Part shown: positions 61,184 to 64,000 of the stretch, piece by piece
How positions within the stretch are numbered: position 1 is the stretch's first letter
How the letters are laid out: each line of letters opens with the position of its first letter
Source of the DNA: Myxococcota bacterium
Lineage (GTDB): Bacteria; Myxococcota_A; Polyangia; Nannocystales; Nannocystaceae
NCBI GenBank assembly: GCA_039028615.1
Contig: JBCCHT010000026.1
Span: 1-64,000, forward strand
Length of the DNA stretch: 64,000 bases
Reading direction: 5' to 3'
Program-made: the position numbers and the translations under genes
The notes under the pieces: generated by a model
Told to the model about the DNA's origin: nothing
The model's input: only the letters and a program-made list of their open reading frames with translations
The model's database searches: none

Positions 61184-63202
61184 CTAGTCTTTGCGGTTGT
61201 CGCGGAGCTGCATCGTGGCGTCCACCAGGTCGATGAATGCCGCCCGGTACCCAGCCAGGTCGGCCCCCTTGGCGTTGTTGGCCAAGCGACGGACACGTCG
61301 AAGCGAGGTCGCGCCCCGGTGCTCCGAGTCACGCAGCTCCATACCGTACATGGCCACGGCGGCGGCGAACCGTAGATCTTCGCTGGCATTGTCGATGGAG
61401 TTGGGCCGCCCCTTCATCGTGACCTCCATGCGCTTGCTTCGAGAGCCGCGAGGTTTCTTGAAGCGCACCGCGACCGTCATCCACTCGTTGCCCGCGGCGT
61501 CCGAGGTGAGGGCGCGGTCGCGTTGGTAGCGGAGGCGCTTGCTCTTGCGGTCGCGCATGCTCTGGGGCGGCTCGGTGCCGCTGGGTACGAGCTCGTAAAG
61601 AGCGGTCACGCTGTGCCCGGCCCCGAGTTCGCCCGCGTCCTTGGTGTCGTCGTCGAAGTCCTCGTCGGCGAGCAGGCGGTTCTCGTAGCCCACGAGTCGG
61701 TAGCCCGCGATCTTGGCGGGGTTGAATTCCACCTGCAGCTTGACGTCCTTGGCGACGGTGACGAGGGTCGAACCCGCTTGGTCCACCAAGACCTTGCGGG
61801 CCTCTTGGAGGTCGTCGATGTACGCGTAGTTGCCGTTGCCATGGTCGGCGAGCTGCTCCATCTTGGCGTCTTGTAGGTTGCCCTGGCCGAAGCCGAGTAC
61901 GGTCAGGAACACGCCGCTCTCGCGCTTCCTCTCGATGAGGCGCACCAGCTCGCCATCGCTGGTCGTGCCGACGTTGAAGTCGCCGTCGGTGGCGAGGATG
62001 ACCCGGTTGATGCCCGACTTGATGAAGTTGCGGCGGGCGAGTCGATAGGCGAGGCGGATGCCGCCGGCCCCGTTGGTGCTGCCGCCGGGCTCGAGGGCGT
62101 TGATGGCGTCGCGGATGGTGGTGCGGTCCTTGCCGCTGGTGGGTGGCAGAACGACGCCCGCCGCTCCGGCGTAGACCACGATGCTCACGTGATCCTCGGG
62201 CCGCAGCTGCTGGACCAGCAGCTGCATGCCGCGCTGGAGTAGCGGGAGCTTGTCGGGCGAGCTCATGGAACCCGAGACGTCGAGCAGGAACACCAGGTTG
62301 CGCGGCGGCACTTTCTCGGTGGCGATGGGGCGAGTCTGCAGGCCGATGCGGGCGAGCAGGTGATCCTCGTTCCACGGGCACTCGGCCACCTCCCAGTTGA
62401 TCGAGACGGGGCGATCGGCCTTGGGGGTGACGTAGTCGTACTCGAAGTAGTTGACCAGCTCCTCCACGCGTACCGCGTCGGGCGGCGGGAGCTGCCCGTA
62501 GCTGATGAAGCGCCGCACGTTGGAGTAGGACGCCGTGTCGACATCGGCGGAGAACGTGGACAGCGGTCGATCGAGCGGCGCGATGAAGGAGTTGTCGTCG
62601 ATATGAGCGTAGCCCTCGCGGTTCGAAGGCTCCTGCTGCTGGCGAATGGGTTGAGCGGTGGAGTTCGAGAATCTGACGCCGGCCGAGTCTCGTGATGCGG
62701 TGGCCGAGGCTGAGACGACTTGGGTGAAATCGCGGGAGGTCGAGCTGCCCACCGGGATGTTGTGGAAGTCCTCCATCGAGAGGGTGCGCCCCACCGACGT
62801 TTTTTGCTCGACGGGTTTGTGCTGGACCTGGATGGTGCGCTTGAACGAGTCGGAGGGGTCGATCACGAAGTTCAAGCGGAGCTTGGCGCCCGCGACCATC
62901 GTGGAGACCTTGGTGACGTCGGCTTTGCCCGAGAGTACTTGGACGGAGCAGTGGCGCGCGGGAACGTCGGCGAACCGAAAGAGGCCGTTGGCGTTCGTCT
63001 GTGTCTCGCGGATCTCTTCCCCCGTGCACTGCAGGATCACCATCGCTCCGGCGATCCTCGTGCCCTCTTGATTCTTCACGACCCCCGAGATTTGCCCTGC
63101 TCTCGAAGGCGCGGGCGCGGCTGCCTGAGCCTGCGTGGGGCCGATCCCGGTGGGGCCGAGGAAGGCGAGGGAGAGCAGGGCGGGAAAGAGCGCGCGTCGC
63201 AT
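61184..63202 (-). CDS. Secreted vWA-domain protein (YfbK-like) with an N-terminal carboxypeptidase-regulatory-like domain
   Basis: Signal peptide; STFSADVDTASY; MIDAS DVSGSM; LATDGDFNVG; YRLVGYENR; DAGELGAGHSVTALYE. Confidence 0.9.
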   Translation of the reverse strand: MRRALFPALLSLAFLGPTGIGPTQAQAAAPAPSRAGQISGVVKNQEGTRIAGAMVILQCTGEEIRETQTNANGLFRFADVPARHCSVQVLSGKADVTKVSTMVAGAKLRLNFVIDPSDSFKRTIQVQHKPVEQKTSVGRTLSMEDFHNIPVGSSTSRDFTQVVSASATASRDSAGVRFSNSTAQPIRQQQEPSNREGYAHIDDNSFIAPLDRPLSTFSADVDTASYSNVRRFISYGQLPPPDAVRVEELVNYFEYDYVTPKADRPVSINWEVAECPWNEDHLLARIGLQTRPIATEKVPPRNLVFLLDVSGSMSSPDKLPLLQRGMQLLVQQLRPEDHVSIVVYAGAAGVVLPPTSGKDRTTIRDAINALEPGGSTNGAGGIRLAYRLARRNFIKSGINRVILATDGDFNVGTTSDGELVRLIERKRESGVFLTVLGFGQGNLQDAKMEQLADHGNGNYAYIDDLQEARKVLVDQAGSTLVTVAKDVKLQVEFNPAKIAGYRLVGYENRLLADEDFDDDTKDAGELGAGHSVTALYELVPSGTEPPQSMRDRKSKRLRYQRDRALTSDAAGNEWMTVAVRFKKPRGSRSKRMEVTMKGRPNSIDNASEDLRFAAAVAMYGMELRDSEHRGATSLRRVRRLANNAKGADLAGYRAAFIDLVDATMQLRDNRKD

Positions 63203-63421
63203 GGTTGCCCCGAAAACGCCGAGCCGGTTGACCCATTACGCGAAACCATCCCTAGAGGGGATCGATGTCGGAGGGGGGCGTTGATGCTCGTACCCGATTT
63301 CGGATCGATGCGACGGCGCGTGCCTGAACGCCGTTTTGTTCTCTAGTGCCCGAGTACGGGCCCGTGGCGGCAGTCGTGTCCGTCGTGATCCGGCGGATGG
63401 CCTCGGGCGTCTACGTGGGCA

Positions 63422-64000
63422 ATGACGGTTCGACACCACACTACTGCCCTGCTGTGCGCGGCCCTCTCGATGGTCGGCGTGGCGTGTGATGAAGGGGAAG
63501 ACCTGACGATTCCGACCTTCGAGGCGACGCGCATCGGACCCCTGCTGCCGTGCGCCGAGGGCAGCTATGACCGCGAACAAATCAACGCCGAGCTGGCCGA
63601 CTACCCCGAACTCGCGCAGGAACTCGGCATCGACGAGGTCCAGACCTGTGAGGACGCGTCTGCGTACTTCGGGGCCTACACCGACTTCATCGAGAGCCTA
63701 CCTTCGGCGGAGGAGGACCGGGTTTCCGATGACCCCTCGGACTTCCGAATCGCGTCCGCCGACGGCACGAACCTCTCCACGGGAGGCGTGCTCGAGATCC
63801 CGGGGTGTACGGGGGTGCTCATCACCGAACGCGCCCTCATCACGGCGGCGCACTGCGTCGACCAATACTCCCCCGATGGCTCCCGGAACTACTGGAAGAC
63901 GGGCTTTACGATCAAAGACTTCGGCTCCACGGAGTGGACGGGCACGGTTCGAATCAACGTCCACCCCAACTGGACCGGGGGGGACTTCGGCGGCCAGACC
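63422..64000 (+). CDS. Trypsin-like serine protease lipoprotein (partial, runs off the window)
   Basis: Translated by hand from ATG 63422: MTVRHHTTALLCAALSMVGVAC lipobox, then CTGVLITERALITAAHCV (S1 protease His motif) and VHPNW. No stop before the window end, so it is absent from the ORF track. Confidence 0.8.
   Translation, partial: MTVRHHTTALLCAALSMVGVACDEGEDLTIPTFEATRIGPLLPCAEGSYDREQINAELADYPELAQELGIDEVQTCEDASAYFGAYTDFIESLPSAEEDRVSDDPSDFRIASADGTNLSTGGVLEIPGCTGVLITERALITAAHCVDQYSPDGSRNYWKTGFTIKDFGSTEWTGTVRINVHPNWTGGDFGGQT

Overview
GC-rich bacterial DNA. About 56 kb (84-~56,600) is one apparently complete hybrid NRPS/trans-AT PKS biosynthetic gene cluster of the leinamycin family. Two megasynthases (LnmI-like PCP-Cy-Cy-A(Cys)-PCP-Ox-KS0-ACP-KS-KR-ACP-KS; LnmJ-like DH-ACP-KR-KS-ECH-ACP-KS-DH-KR-ACP-KS-DH-ACP-KS-ACP-ACP-DUF2156-SH-TE) are followed by lnmK/L/M-like genes, a second ACP/decarboxylating-KS pair, a type II TE, a Crp/Fnr regulator, an acyl-CoA ligase and small accessory genes. 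A divergent operon encodes a SyrB1/SyrB2/SyrC-type threonine chlorination and transfer cassette, an SDR, P450 plus ferredoxin, a second HMG-CoA synthase, an ECH, the trans-AT-ER, a cupin and a MacAB-like ABC exporter. The right flank (lipoproteins with Gly/Ser/Thr/Asp linkers, a vWA/YfbK-like protein, a trypsin-like lipoprotein) looks myxobacterial rather than actinomycete. That host assignment is inference; if correct, this is a sulfur-installing, chlorothreonine-primed leinamycin-type pathway in an unexpected phylum. Palindromic candidate operators lie in the divergent promoter, and a Crp-type box lies upstream of the regulator. No RNA genes, CRISPR arrays or mobile elements were recognised. 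Domain coordinates are approximate and were read from motifs by eye.
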